Source: Candidatus Chisholmbacteria bacterium (GTDB lineage Bacteria > Patescibacteriota > Microgenomatia > UBA1400 > Chisholmbacteraceae). From it: DNA of 64,000 bases. Where the stretch lies: contig CAVPHZ010000001.1 in NCBI GenBank assembly GCA_963704905.1, positions 387,438 to 451,437 on the forward strand, written 5' to 3'. Shown here piece by piece: positions 63,714-64,000 of the stretch. The notes below the pieces were generated by a model, which worked only from the letters and a program-made list of their open reading frames with translations, had not been told where the DNA came from and made no database searches. The position numbers and the translations under genes are program-made. Numbering within the stretch: the first letter of the stretch is position 1; every line of letters starts with the position of its first letter.

Positions 63714-64000
63714 ATGGGTTATTGTAGCAAATAATGCTCACAGTTTAGGATTATTTATGGCTATAGACAGTAACTTAGATAGTTCTCTATGACTATGGTT
63801 GTTAATTTAAATGTCGCAATGAACACTACTGGTAGAGATAGTATCGCTAGTATTTTTCTTGGTTTGGGAAACGCTTTTTGGAAAATTGTATAAACAGTGA
63901 ATGCGCTTATCAGGGCGACAAAGTGAGGAAAGTAGTCAGCGAGAAAACCTGTGCCGAATAGATTTAAACTACCTCTCAGCTCGCTGGTGAAGTCGATGCA

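Overview
This 64 kb window looks like a compact, gene-dense (~90% coding) bacterial chromosome segment. The gene content resembles a Candidate Phyla Radiation / Patescibacteria-type genome. That assignment is inference only, resting on many small membrane or DUF proteins, GT-C glycosyltransferases, few biosynthetic genes and TGA used as stop throughout.

Recognisable content includes:
- **Trans-translation and RNA genes:** smpB directly followed by ssrA (tmRNA), comF, and a tRNA array with all four non-UCN/UCN/AGY Ser isoacceptors (TGA, GCT, CGA, GGA) plus two Arg tRNAs; tRNA-Asn lies on the minus strand.
- **Replication/transcription core:** dnaG-rpoD.
- **Glycosylation cluster:** a minus-strand run of three GT-C-type membrane glycosyltransferases (PMT/ArnT/YfhO-like) with a YidC-like protein and a TetR regulator.
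- **Cell envelope:** a divergent LCP / LytR_C pair, an ABC exporter (ATPase plus a MacB/FtsX permease broken by a frameshift), PBP1A, a GH18 hydrolase and SpoIID.
- **Housekeeping and stress:** typA/bipA; an island of small stress/xenobiotic-type proteins (DUF1801 x2, SnoaL, PhnB/VOC x2, AHSA1, DUF1059); a SAM hydroxide adenosyltransferase (DUF62).
- **Redox and Fe-S:** a DUF5320-DUF134 regulatory pair next to a Grx-CcdA fusion; a complete Rrf2-sufCBDSU operon followed by tsaC, an FNR-like reductase and a ferredoxin; DsbA, CcdA and a truncated TlpA.
- **Central metabolism:** fbp, class II FBA, mutY, rpiB, rpe, a LOG-family protein, cmk.

I found no CRISPR array, no rRNA, and no transposase, integrase or phage structural gene.

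The best candidates for undescribed biology are:
- a six-gene block of homology-less acidic, coiled-coil and secreted proteins at 36.7-40.8 kb;
- the DUF5320/DUF134 module with its redox neighbourhood;
- a PP2C-like/TM/NHL-propeller membrane protein;
- the GT-C glycosylation cluster.

Recurrent extended -10 promoters (TGnTAcAAT), several clean intrinsic terminators and three apparent frameshift or truncation lesions are also visible directly in the sequence.
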